From assembly GCA_965223505.1 (NCBI GenBank), contig CBDCWP010000017.1:1-59823 (forward strand): a DNA stretch of 59,823 nt. Direction: 5' to 3'. This DNA is from Planctomycetota bacterium (GTDB taxonomy: Bacteria; Planctomycetota; PLA2; JAEUHO01). Shown here one piece after another: positions 46,759-56,420 of the stretch (positions are counted from its first letter, which is position 1; the number at the start of each line of letters is the position of its first letter). The translations under genes and the position numbers were made by a program. The notes under the pieces were generated by a model. The model had not been told where the DNA came from, searched no databases, and saw only the letters and a program-made list of their open reading frames with translations.

Positions 46759-48651
46759 CTACTGGAGCAGCCGCTCCGCGACGACGACGAAGTTCGCCGC
46801 CGTGAGGATCCCCACGAGCTTGCCGTTGCGCACCACCGGCAGGCCGCGAAGCTCTTCCTCGCGCATGATCTTGATGGCCTCGGCCGTCGGCGTCTCCGGC
46901 TCCACGTAGCGGACGTCGCGGTCCATGATGTCGCCGATCGTCAGCTGGTCGTCCTGCTTCTCGCGCAGCGCGTTGACCAGGTTCTGCAGCGTGAACATGC
47001 CGACCAGCTCGCCCTTCTCGTTCTCGACCGGCACATGGCGAATGCCCTCCCACCGCATCATGGCCTCGGCCAGCGTCACGGTGTCCTCTTCGTGCACCGT
47101 GATGAGGTCGGACGTCATGATCTGGCCGACCTTCATGTAGGCGGCGCGGCGCTGCTCGCCGGACGGCAAGCGCATCGGGCGCCAGGTGTGGACCGGCTGG
47201 CCGCCGCGCTGCAGCTTGAGGTAGTCGTGGACGAGGCCTTGCAGCGCTTCGTCCTTGGGCATCTGGTGCTGCGCGCGGTTGAACCCCTCGAGCATCCAAC
47301 GCGAACCGGTCTGGCCGCTGCTCGCCCGTTCGCTGATCAGATCCAGGAAACGGTTGATGTCGCGCTCGTCGACGCCGGCGCCCTTCAGACCCTTGGCTGC
47401 CAGCGGCAACGTGAGGAGCACGAGCTCGTCGGCGGGCCGGGAGCGGCCGTCGATCCAGTGCAACGACGCGCGCAATCCGTTCGAGCCGGCGTTGTAGAAG
47501 TTGCCCTGGCAATCGTGGAACGGCATGCGGTCCGACACGTTGCCATACTCCTCGGCGATCCCGAGCGTCAAGCCGAACAGGTACGCCGCGTTGGCGACGC
47601 CGTCGAGCGCCGTCGGTCCACCGGGAAGCGGCCGGTTCTCGATGCGCAGGTGCGGAACGCCGCCGGCGACGCCGTAGCAGGGACGGTTCCACCGATAGAT
47701 CGTGCCGTTGTGCAACGCGAGCGTGCCGAGCTTCGGCACCTCACCGCGATCGAGCAGCTCCTTGGGCGACGGCTCCTCGGACTCCACCGGCAACACGGCG
47801 CGGTAGCGCGCGATGTCGTCGCGAATGAGCTCGAGAATCGACCCGCGCACCCACTCGTCGCCGAAGAAGACCCTGGGGCGGTTGCCGCGCGTCTGCTCGT
47901 GATCGGTGCGGGTGTCGACGGACTGCCGGAAGAGGGCGATACGCGTCTCTTCCCAGAGGCGCGCGCCGAGCAGCAGCGGCGAGTTCCCCGCCGCGGCCAG
48001 CACGGGTCCGGTCGCGAGCTGCATCGCGTTGTACATGAGCGCGAACTCGTCCGGCGCGACCTGCATGTGCAGCTGGAACGAGGTGTTGAAGGCCTCGAGC
48101 AGCACGTTGTCGTGCGTGGCGTGGAGGATGTCGGTGCCGCGAATGTGAATGCGGAACTCGCCGCCGCGCATCTCCTTCACCTTGCGATTGAGCGCCGCGT
48201 ACCGGGGCGACGGGGTCATGTAGTCGAGCGTGAGGTGCTCCCAGCCCAGCGTCGGCAGGATGCCGATGGCCAGCACGTCGACGCCATGGCGCTGCGCGGC
48301 GGTTCTGACGGTGCCGATGTTGCGCCGCAGCTCGTGCTCGGCCTTGGTGAAGCAGTCGCCCGTGAGCTCGAGCGGCGGCAACGCCAGCTCGACGTTGAAC
48401 AGCGCGAGCTCGGTTTGATACGTCGACTCGTCGCCGCCGAGGGTCTCGAGGATCTCCAACGCGCGCGGCGCCGGACGGCCATGCTCGTCGATGACGAAGA
48501 GCTCCTGCTCCATGCCCATGCGGCGGATGCCGGTCTCGAACATGTTCTCGTTGAGCATGCGCTCGAGCGCGTCCGCATCTTCCACCAAGCGCGTCTCGAA
48601 GCGGCGCAGATCCTTCGGATCGTCGGTGAGTTCGATGTCGTGGCGGCCCAT
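46759..48651 (-). CDS. Glutamate--cysteine ligase (GCS2) family protein fused to a C-terminal CBS pair
   Basis: GMEQE, ELALFNVE, NTSFQLH, WEETRIALF.QS, HNGTIYRWNR.CY and HLRIENR motifs; CBS IRHVPV and GLPVV; start ATG 48651. Confidence 0.88.
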   Translation of the reverse strand: MGRHDIELTDDPKDLRRFETRLVEDADALERMLNENMFETGIRRMGMEQELFVIDEHGRPAPRALEILETLGGDESTYQTELALFNVELALPPLELTGDCFTKAEHELRRNIGTVRTAAQRHGVDVLAIGILPTLGWEHLTLDYMTPSPRYAALNRKVKEMRGGEFRIHIRGTDILHATHDNVLLEAFNTSFQLHMQVAPDEFALMYNAMQLATGPVLAAAGNSPLLLGARLWEETRIALFRQSVDTRTDHEQTRGNRPRVFFGDEWVRGSILELIRDDIARYRAVLPVESEEPSPKELLDRGEVPKLGTLALHNGTIYRWNRPCYGVAGGVPHLRIENRPLPGGPTALDGVANAAYLFGLTLGIAEEYGNVSDRMPFHDCQGNFYNAGSNGLRASLHWIDGRSRPADELVLLTLPLAAKGLKGAGVDERDINRFLDLISERASSGQTGSRWMLEGFNRAQHQMPKDEALQGLVHDYLKLQRGGQPVHTWRPMRLPSGEQRRAAYMKVGQIMTSDLITVHEEDTVTLAEAMMRWEGIRHVPVENEKGELVGMFTLQNLVNALREKQDDQLTIGDIMDRDVRYVEPETPTAEAIKIMREEELRGLPVVRNGKLVGILTAANFVVVAERLLQ

Positions 48652-48718
48652 GGCGAGGCGGATGGTAGCGGGAAGGCGTTCGCCGGGGAAAGCCCGCCGC
48701 GTTTCCGTTAGGGTGCGG

Positions 48719-50809
48719 CTAGCGTCGTTCCGACTGCGCCGCTGCCTGCGCGGACGGGTCGTTGTCGAGCGACGCGGCGAGGCGCGCCCACGCGTCGTCG
48801 TTTGCGCCGGCGACTGCGTACGCAGCCCCAACCGCCGCCGCCAACCGCTTGCGGGCCGCGTTCGGATCCTGGGGAACGCGTGACGACGTCTCGACCTGGG
48901 TCTTGGCCTCGAAGACACGCGCGACCACATTTTTCTCCAGACGCTTGACCGCGCTCTCGCTCGTTGCGAGATCGGCAAACGCGCGCACGAGCGCGGCGAG
49001 CGTGTTGATCGAACGGCGCCAGTCGCTGTAGCGCATCTGCTCGCCCATGAGCTTGGACTCGTAGTAGCCGCACCACTGCTCGATCGCGCGCAGAAGCGCA
49101 TCTTGGCCGTCCTCTTGCTTCAGCGCCGACAGCGCCTTGGCGGCCTCCACGGCGACCATCGACTGCTGTTTCTCCGCGGGCAACGCGACGACCTTGCGCA
49201 GCGCCGACAGGCCGGCGGACAGGCCGAGCCGCCCGAGCGTCCGGGCGGCATACGCCCGCGCGTCGAACGGCAGGCCGGCGTTGCCGGCGACCTTCGCGAC
49301 CGGGCCGACGGCCTCGTCCGCGACCTGCAACGCGACGATGCGGGTCACCGCGGCCGCGGCCTTGCCCCCACCGAGTCTGAGATCCGCGACGAGCGACTTG
49401 AGGTCGGGCGCCGTTCCGTCGACGTGCATCATCGGGTCGCCGAGGTACTTCGTCTCGTCCTTGGTCACTTTGACGTGGAACGACGAACGCGGCCACGCGG
49501 TCTTGCGCTTCTTGTCGAAGCGCCGCCGCGGACCGAAGAACGCGAACAGCTCGTTGCGCACCGAGTCGGGGAAGCCGTGGCCCGCGTCGGGCAGCTCCGT
49601 GTAGACGAAGTCGTGACCGCTACCCAACAGCGACTTCGCGGCCGCGCGATCCGAAGACGGACCGACGACCGCGTCGTCGGACGAGTGGAAGATGAAGATC
49701 GGCGTCTTGGTGGCGACCAGCTTGCCGCCGCCGCTGCCCCCGCCGCCGGCCATCGGCGAGACCGCAGCGAGGTCTTCCGCCAGACGCGGCCCGAGCGCCC
49801 ACGTGCCGAACCCGCCCATCGAGTGCCCGGTCAGATAGATGCGGTCGATGTCGACGTTGTAGAGCAGCCTCAGCTCGGTGATGACGTCGCGCACCATCTC
49901 CTCGTTGTCGTTGCTGCCCCATCCGGCGGAGAGCGCCGTCGGGCACGCGACGATGTAGCCGTGCCGCGCCGCCGGCTGCTGATAGAAGTTCATCGCCGAC
50001 GGGCCGCTGCCGACGACCTCGTCGGCCGACTTGCCGTCGGGACCGCCGCCGTGCAGGCCGATGATGAGCGGCCAGGTGCGGGTCGGCTCGTAGCTCGTCG
50101 GAACGTAGAGGGTGTAGACCGCGCCTGGATGCTGATCGGAGCGGTAGCTCAGCGGCCGGTCGCGCACGTACCCCGTCGGTTGATGCGAACTGCGGCGATA
50201 GCGCTCGAGCGCTTCCGGCTTCGCCGGGTACCCCGCGTCCTTCAGGTCGCTTGCCAGCTTCACGCGCGCGGCGGGGTCGGCTTCGGCGACGTAGCGCTTC
50301 AGGGCGTCCTGCAGGGCCGGGTCGAGCCGTGGGTTGCCCTTCTTGACCGACGCCCATTTGGCACGGCCCCCGATGCCCTTGATCGCGTCCAGATTCGACG
50401 GGTCGGCGGCCAGTGCCCGCGCGAAGGCCATCGACGCCTCGGCCTTGAGCTTGTGCTCCTTCGCGTAGGCGCCGATCGCGAGCAGCTCGTCCACGTCGTC
50501 GTCCGCGCACGCGTCGAGCCGGCGATAGACTTCGACCTCCGGACGTGGAACGAGGTCCACGCGCTTGACCCGATCGGCCGGGTACCGGACGAGGTGGTCC
50601 GGATTCGTGACGCCGGGATTGCGCGACCAATACCGGTTGAGGACGACCTCGCCGTCGTCCTGTTTGACGATCGCGCCCTCGACCTTCTTGCCCTTGCGCG
50701 GAACGAGCACGTCGGCGCTGGCCGGGGCCGTGCCCGCCAGCAACGCCCACAGCACGCCCGCGAGCACCGCACGCGTCCGTAGGCCGGTTCGAGATGCGTC
50801 GAAGGCCAT
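48719..50809 (-). CDS. Exported alpha/beta hydrolase (peptidase/esterase) with helical N-terminal and HEAT-like C-terminal regions
   Basis: WPLIIGLHGGG, RIYLTGHSMGGFG, IFH..DD.VV and GHG catalytic elements; signal peptide; start ATG 50809. Confidence 0.82.
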   Translation of the reverse strand: MAFDASRTGLRTRAVLAGVLWALLAGTAPASADVLVPRKGKKVEGAIVKQDDGEVVLNRYWSRNPGVTNPDHLVRYPADRVKRVDLVPRPEVEVYRRLDACADDDVDELLAIGAYAKEHKLKAEASMAFARALAADPSNLDAIKGIGGRAKWASVKKGNPRLDPALQDALKRYVAEADPAARVKLASDLKDAGYPAKPEALERYRRSSHQPTGYVRDRPLSYRSDQHPGAVYTLYVPTSYEPTRTWPLIIGLHGGGPDGKSADEVVGSGPSAMNFYQQPAARHGYIVACPTALSAGWGSNDNEEMVRDVITELRLLYNVDIDRIYLTGHSMGGFGTWALGPRLAEDLAAVSPMAGGGGSGGGKLVATKTPIFIFHSSDDAVVGPSSDRAAAKSLLGSGHDFVYTELPDAGHGFPDSVRNELFAFFGPRRRFDKKRKTAWPRSSFHVKVTKDETKYLGDPMMHVDGTAPDLKSLVADLRLGGGKAAAAVTRIVALQVADEAVGPVAKVAGNAGLPFDARAYAARTLGRLGLSAGLSALRKVVALPAEKQQSMVAVEAAKALSALKQEDGQDALLRAIEQWCGYYESKLMGEQMRYSDWRRSINTLAALVRAFADLATSESAVKRLEKNVVARVFEAKTQVETSSRVPQDPNAARKRLAAAVGAAYAVAGANDDAWARLAASLDNDPSAQAAAQSERR

Positions 50810-50907
50810 CAAAGGGCGAGTGTACCCGGTCCAAAGGCCGCCCGAGGCTCTGCAAACCTCCGACCCTCGACTATGCTTTGACCCCGCCCCGCATCCGGAG
50901 GTGCATC

Positions 50908-52308
50908 TTGAAGGCATTGTCGATTCCCTTCGTCGTGTTGCTCTTGGCCGCGCTCGTCGCGCCGCTCTCGTTGCCGCCGGCGCCGGCCGCGGGCGAAGAG
51001 TCCAAGGCGGACGGTGACCGCATCCCGCTCGACTTCGAGGCTGTGATCGCGACAGCCAAGCGGCGGGTGTACCCGGCGCTGGTGTTCGTCAAGCCGGTGC
51101 AGGAAGACCTGTCCGAGGGCGAGAAGCGTCGGGTCGAGGTGCTGGGCTCCGGCGTCATCTTCAAGGAAGAGGGCTACGTGGTGACGAACCACCACGTCGC
51201 GGAGAAGGCGAAGGAGATTCGCTGCGTCCTCTGGGACAAGCGCCAGGTGCCCGCGAAGGTGATCGGGCTCGACAAGCTGACCGATCTCGCGGTGCTCAAG
51301 CTCGAGGTGCCCGAGGGCGAGAAGCTCCCGTACGCGGAGTTCGGCGACGCAGAGAAGCTGGAAGAAGGCCAGTTCGTGATGGCGCTCGGATCGCCGTACG
51401 GGTTCGAGCGCTCGATCTCGCTCGGCATCATCTCCAACGCGCGGCGGATGCTCGACGGCGCCGGACACCCCTACAACAACTGGATTCAGACGGACGCGGC
51501 GATCAACCCCGGAAACTCCGGAGGACCGTTGGTCAACTCGCGCGGCGAGGTGATCGGCATCAACACGCTCGGCATCCGCGCCGCGGACAACCTGGGCTTC
51601 TCGATCCCGGTCGACATCGTCCAGCTCGTGGTGGGCCGCCTCCTGAAGGACAAGCGCATCGCGCGTTCACGGCACGGACTGACGCTGCGTCCGCTCGTGG
51701 ACTACTCGCAGAACACGATCTTCGAGGGCGACCACGGCGTGATCGTGGACGACGTCGCGCCTTCGAGCGCCGCGGAGAGCGCGGGCATCCGCAAGGGCGA
51801 CCGCATCATGACCGTCGGCCAGGTCGCGACGAACGCCAAGTACGGCGAAGAGCTCCCGCGGATCCGGTGGCAGCTCGCCGACCTGACGCCCGGCACGGCC
51901 GTCGAGGTCGAGGTGAAGCGTGGCGAGGAGATCGTGAAGCTGTCGATGACGCCCGAGGCGGACGAAGAGACCGACAGCAACGGGATGGAGTGCGACCGCT
52001 GGGATGTGACCTTTCAGCGGATCACGCCCGAAGACGTCCCGTCCCTGCACTTCTGGCGGCCGAACGGGCTCTACGTGCTGGGTGTGAGCTACCCCGGCAA
52101 CGCCGGCACCGCGGGTCTGCGCTCGGGCGACGTGGTCGTGCGGGTGGACAAGAAGGAAGTCAAGACCCTCGACGAGCTCGAGAAGCTCTACGAGTCGATC
52201 ATCGCGGAAGACCGCACCAAGAAGCTGGTGCTCATCGAGGTCCTGCGCAACGGGTACACGAAGTACATCGCCCTCGACTACGAGCGCGACTACGACAAGA
52301 AGAAATAG
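50908..52308 (+). CDS. HtrA/DegP-like trypsin serine protease with two PDZ domains
   Basis: GSG, TNHHV, DLAVLK and QTDAAINPGNSGGPL motifs; TTG start after GGAGGT. Confidence 0.93.
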   Translation: MKALSIPFVVLLLAALVAPLSLPPAPAAGEESKADGDRIPLDFEAVIATAKRRVYPALVFVKPVQEDLSEGEKRRVEVLGSGVIFKEEGYVVTNHHVAEKAKEIRCVLWDKRQVPAKVIGLDKLTDLAVLKLEVPEGEKLPYAEFGDAEKLEEGQFVMALGSPYGFERSISLGIISNARRMLDGAGHPYNNWIQTDAAINPGNSGGPLVNSRGEVIGINTLGIRAADNLGFSIPVDIVQLVVGRLLKDKRIARSRHGLTLRPLVDYSQNTIFEGDHGVIVDDVAPSSAAESAGIRKGDRIMTVGQVATNAKYGEELPRIRWQLADLTPGTAVEVEVKRGEEIVKLSMTPEADEETDSNGMECDRWDVTFQRITPEDVPSLHFWRPNGLYVLGVSYPGNAGTAGLRSGDVVVRVDKKEVKTLDELEKLYESIIAEDRTKKLVLIEVLRNGYTKYIALDYERDYDKKK

Positions 52309-52363
52309 CGACGAGGAGCAGCAGGGCCGCGCCCGCGTTTCCGGTCGTACGTCAGGAGATCCC

Positions 52364-54664
52364 ATGAAGCAACGTGGACGTTGGCTGCTCGCCTTGATGA
52401 TGGTGTTCGCTCTCGTCGCGCCGACGGCACGGGCCGACGAGACGCCGACCGATCCCGCGAAGAAGGCCGAGCACGAGAAGGAACGGGCGCAGAAGCAGAA
52501 GCAACGAATGAAGGAGCGCGACGACGCCGTCTTCGGCGCCGTCGCCAAGCACGCCGTTCTCATTCGACTGCGGTTCCAGAAGGACCTCGAAGCGGAGGCG
52601 ACCGGCGTCGAGCCCCCGGACCGCAACAGCCTGAGCGAGCGCTATCGGACCTATCGAATGTCCGACGTGAAGCCCGGCTTCCTCATCCGCGACCAGCGCA
52701 CCGTCATCGCGTCCGACATCTGGTACCCCGCGGGCGCCATCGGTTCGGTCGAGATCTCCGCGCCCGGCGGCAAGCCCGTCAAGGCGCGGCTTCGCGGGTT
52801 CCTGCGCCGCGCGCAGGGCATCGTCTTCGAGGCGGAAGCGGACATCGAAGGCGTCGAGCCCGTCCAGTTCGACAACGACCTCGAGGTCGACGCGACGACG
52901 ACGCTCTACGCCGGCTCCGTCGCCGAAGGCCGTGACGGATTCGAGTACTGGTTCGAGAACCTGAGCGGCACGCGCCGCCGTTCGTCGGAGGGCGGCGCAA
53001 CCGAGTTCGGCGGCCCGTCGACGGTTTCCAACCAGGGTTTGTCCAGCGGCAGCGACGGCGCTCGCTACATCGACCTCGTCACCGACGGCAAGGGCCGCGC
53101 CTTGGGATTCCGCTTCGGCGCGCGCATCGACTTCGACGAGGGCGCGTGGCGCGGCAACCAGGTGCTGGCGGACGAGGAGATTCCGTTCACGCGGCTGCGC
53201 GACATGGCGCGCAAGTACAACGTCGACTCGTTCGTGCATCGCGTGAAGGTCCACTTCCGCACCAAGTCGCGTCACGAGGCACGGCGCGACCCCTTCTCGA
53301 TGGGCGGTGACGACAACCAGGGCGAGCGGGAGTTCTGGGGCCTCGCGGTCTCCGAGGACATCCTGCTGGTGATTGGCCGGCTCGAGGAAGACGCCATCCG
53401 GAAGATCAAGTCGGTCGAGATGGCGGACACCGAGGAAGGCGCGGGCGAAGAGGCCGTGTTCGCGGGACGTCTGCGTGGCTACAACGGGTTCTTCGTCCGG
53501 CTGAAGGAAGCGCGCGTGCACGCGATGGACGGCGGCGCTTGTCCGGTGCCGGACAGCGGCGAAGCGATGCTGTTTCATCGGTTCGTCTGGCGCGGCGGCG
53601 CTCGTCGTGACCAGGTCGACTACAACCGCGTGGAAGGCTACGGCCGCGGCTACGGCGACCGGCGCTATCTCACGCTGGAGCGGAGCGTGCCGCCCGGCGC
53701 AGTGCTCCTGGACGCTTCGGGCCAGGTGCTCGGGTTCTCGACGCAGCTGAATCCCGAGGATCAGGAAAAGGACCTCTCCCGCTCGCGACGGCGCTCGCGC
53801 AGCCGCTTCCCGGTCATGGCCGTGCTGTTCTGCGAGGTCGGCCAGCCCATGACGCTCCTGGACACGGCCGACGTCAGCGTCATGCCGCAGGAAGAGGTCG
53901 AAGCGAAGCGCCTGCCGTGGCTCGGCGTCGAGTTCGAAGGTCTCAACAAGGGCGTGGCGGAGCTGCTGGAAGTGTCCGCTTCGACGCGCGACGGCCGCCG
54001 CGGTCTCATCGTGACGCGCGTCTACGAAGGCTCGCCGGCGCAGAAGGCGGGCATCGCCGAGCGCGACATCCTGCTCTCGGCGCAGAAGCTGAGCGGTCCC
54101 GGCGCGGACGCGCCGCCCGTGAACCTGCGCGGCAGCGGTAGCCGGTTCGGCGGATTCGGCTGGAACTTCGGCGCGGCCCCCGCTCCGTGGCGCGCGCGCG
54201 ACAACGCGCTCGTGAACCTCCTGAAGGACTGGGGCGAGGGCACGGAGTACGAGCTCGTCTGGTTGCACGACGCTGCGGAGAAGAAGGTCACGTTGAAGGT
54301 CGAGATCGCGCCGCCCGACTTCAACAGCGCGCCGCGCGCGCACGACGAAGGCACGGGACTCAACATTCGCGACATCACCTACGAGGTGCGCAACGTACTG
54401 CGCATGTCGAAGGACACGCGTGGCGTCGTCATCGCGCGCGTCGAGCCGGGCTCGCCCGCGGCGCAGGCGCGACTGTCGCCGAACGAGCTGATTCTCGAGT
54501 GCGACGGCAAGTCCGTCGAGGGCGCCGAGGCGCTGGAGAAGCAGCTCGCCGCCGCTCGCGAAGCCGGCGCGGAGCAGGTTCGCTTGGTCGTCCGCCGCTT
54601 GGACAAGACGCGCCTGGTCGATCTGGGGCTGCAAGGCGCCGACGACGCCGGAGGCGCGAAGTAG
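52364..54664 (+). CDS. Exported PDZ-domain protein with degenerate trypsin-like regions
   Basis: Signal peptide; PWLGV and two GSPA PDZ motifs; PPGAVLLDASGQVLGF in place of NSGGPL. Confidence 0.8.
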   Translation: MKQRGRWLLALMMVFALVAPTARADETPTDPAKKAEHEKERAQKQKQRMKERDDAVFGAVAKHAVLIRLRFQKDLEAEATGVEPPDRNSLSERYRTYRMSDVKPGFLIRDQRTVIASDIWYPAGAIGSVEISAPGGKPVKARLRGFLRRAQGIVFEAEADIEGVEPVQFDNDLEVDATTTLYAGSVAEGRDGFEYWFENLSGTRRRSSEGGATEFGGPSTVSNQGLSSGSDGARYIDLVTDGKGRALGFRFGARIDFDEGAWRGNQVLADEEIPFTRLRDMARKYNVDSFVHRVKVHFRTKSRHEARRDPFSMGGDDNQGEREFWGLAVSEDILLVIGRLEEDAIRKIKSVEMADTEEGAGEEAVFAGRLRGYNGFFVRLKEARVHAMDGGACPVPDSGEAMLFHRFVWRGGARRDQVDYNRVEGYGRGYGDRRYLTLERSVPPGAVLLDASGQVLGFSTQLNPEDQEKDLSRSRRRSRSRFPVMAVLFCEVGQPMTLLDTADVSVMPQEEVEAKRLPWLGVEFEGLNKGVAELLEVSASTRDGRRGLIVTRVYEGSPAQKAGIAERDILLSAQKLSGPGADAPPVNLRGSGSRFGGFGWNFGAAPAPWRARDNALVNLLKDWGEGTEYELVWLHDAAEKKVTLKVEIAPPDFNSAPRAHDEGTGLNIRDITYEVRNVLRMSKDTRGVVIARVEPGSPAAQARLSPNELILECDGKSVEGAEALEKQLAAAREAGAEQVRLVVRRLDKTRLVDLGLQGADDAGGAK

Positions 54665-54666
54665 CC

Positions 54667-55050
54667 GTGGCCGGGGACTCCCTCCCCGCGTATCTGCGCG
54701 TGACGGTCGTCGCCGGCGCCGTCACGCTGCTGATCGGGATCGCGGGCATGCTCTGGTTGCCGCCGCCCCTCGAAGCGGCCGAACCCGCGCGCGTGCGTCT
54801 CGTCGCCGCGGATCCGCAGATCGAAGGCCTCGCCGTCGAAGCCCGCTGGAACGACGCCGACGGCAAGGGCCGGCGCGAGGTCGGCACTCCCTGCGCGGAC
54901 GATCTCACGTGGGTGTTTCGCGACACCCCCAGCGACCGACCGGTCGTCCTCGTCGTGACTCGTCGCTTCGGCGCCGACGATCCGGAGCAGATCAAGTACG
55001 AGGAGGGCTTCCTCAGGCCGGGGGCCGTGTTCGAGCTGCCGCTCGAGTAG
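54667..55050 (+). CDS. Hypothetical membrane-anchored protein
   Basis: GTG start 2 nt after the upstream stop; N-terminal TM segment; 127 aa. Confidence 0.6.
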   Translation: MAGDSLPAYLRVTVVAGAVTLLIGIAGMLWLPPPLEAAEPARVRLVAADPQIEGLAVEARWNDADGKGRREVGTPCADDLTWVFRDTPSDRPVVLVVTRRFGADDPEQIKYEEGFLRPGAVFELPLE

Positions 55051-55131
55051 CCCCGACCCGGCGCTGTTTCTCCATCACGGCGCGACGAACGTTGCCTTCG
55101 GAGCGCCGTCCCCCGTCTAGGCTCACGCCCG

Positions 55132-56070
55132 ATGCTGCTGGCGTTCCTCCGATCCGGACCTCCCTTTCCTTTCGCCGGTGAGGTGGCGGCGGCGCTGAGT
55201 GCGCTCCTGTGGGCGAGCGCGGGCATCGTGTTCGCGCGACTGCGGCCTACCCCCTCGCCGGGCGCCATCAACTTCGGCAAGAACGCGTCGTCCGTGCTCT
55301 GCTTCGCCGTGCTGCTGTGCTTCACCGTCGGTGCGCCGTGGCCCGCGTTCCTTCCGGGATCGGCTCTGCCGTGGTTCGTGCTGAGCGGCGTCATCGGGCT
55401 GACGATCTGCGACACGCTGCTGCTTCGAAGTCTCCAGGCGATCGGGCCGCAGCGCATGAGCCTGATCTTCACCATCGCGCCGATCGTGGTCGCGCTGGTC
55501 GCCCTCGCGCCGCCCTACTCGGAGACGCCGTCGGTGTGGGGATGGATCGGGATGCTCGTCTGCATCTCGGGCATCGCGTTGGCGGTGCTCGAACGGCCGA
55601 TGCGGGATCGGGCGCACGACGCGCGCTTCAAGCGCGGCGTGCGCGACGCCGTGCTGGCTGCGATTTGCCAGGCGATCGCGGTGTTGCTGGCGCGCTACGG
55701 CATTCGCGAAGCGGACGTGCGCGCGGAGGACGGTGCGCTCGTGCGTCTGGCGGCGGGAACGGCCGGGCTCGTCGTGATCGGACTGCCGGCGGGACGGCTG
55801 ATCGCGTGGCAGCGGCAGCTTCGCAACCCGCGCGTCTTCTGGCCGATCTTCGTCGCGGCGTTCTTCGGGACGTTCATCGGCATCTGGACCAACCAGCTCA
55901 GTCTCGAGTGGGCCGAGCACACGGGCATCGCGACCGTGCTCAACTCGTTGATGCCGATCTACCTGATCCCGCTGTCGGCGATCTTCCTCGGCGAACGCCA
56001 CACCGCGCGCGGCTGGACGGCGACGATCCTCGCCATCGCCGGCATCGCGCTGATGACGGTTCTTCGCTGA
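55132..56070 (+). CDS. DMT/EamA family transporter
   Basis: About 10 TM segments; SGVIGLTICD and LGER motifs. Confidence 0.9.
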   Translation: MLLAFLRSGPPFPFAGEVAAALSALLWASAGIVFARLRPTPSPGAINFGKNASSVLCFAVLLCFTVGAPWPAFLPGSALPWFVLSGVIGLTICDTLLLRSLQAIGPQRMSLIFTIAPIVVALVALAPPYSETPSVWGWIGMLVCISGIALAVLERPMRDRAHDARFKRGVRDAVLAAICQAIAVLLARYGIREADVRAEDGALVRLAAGTAGLVVIGLPAGRLIAWQRQLRNPRVFWPIFVAAFFGTFIGIWTNQLSLEWAEHTGIATVLNSLMPIYLIPLSAIFLGERHTARGWTATILAIAGIALMTVLR

Positions 56071-56075
56071 GTCGG

Positions 56076-56411
56076 CTACGGACCGTCCATGCGTTCGCGC
56101 AAGCGCTTCAACCGATCGCCCAGCTCTTCACGCCATTTCGGGGCCTTCGTGCGCAGCTTCTCGACCGATCCCTGCGCCGCCGTCTCCAACGACACGCCGA
56201 AGCGGTCCGCGACCTCCGCGAGACACACCAGCACGTCGCCCAGCTCGTCCGCAAGCTCGGCTTGCACGTCCTTGCCGTAGTACTCGCCGTCCAACACGCA
56301 GCGCATCACCTCGCCGCATTCCTCCGCCAACGCCAACGCCGCCCCCACGCGCGGGTGCTCGATGCCCTCGCATAGCGTCTTCACCTCGGCCTGGAACGCG
56401 GCGATCTCCAT
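56076..56411 (-). CDS. MazG-like nucleotide pyrophosphohydrolase
   Basis: LAEECGEV and DELGDVL motifs. Confidence 0.88.
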   Translation of the reverse strand: MEIAAFQAEVKTLCEGIEHPRVGAALALAEECGEVMRCVLDGEYYGKDVQAELADELGDVLVCLAEVADRFGVSLETAAQGSVEKLRTKAPKWREELGDRLKRLRERMDGP

Positions 56412-56420
56412 GACGGTCTC

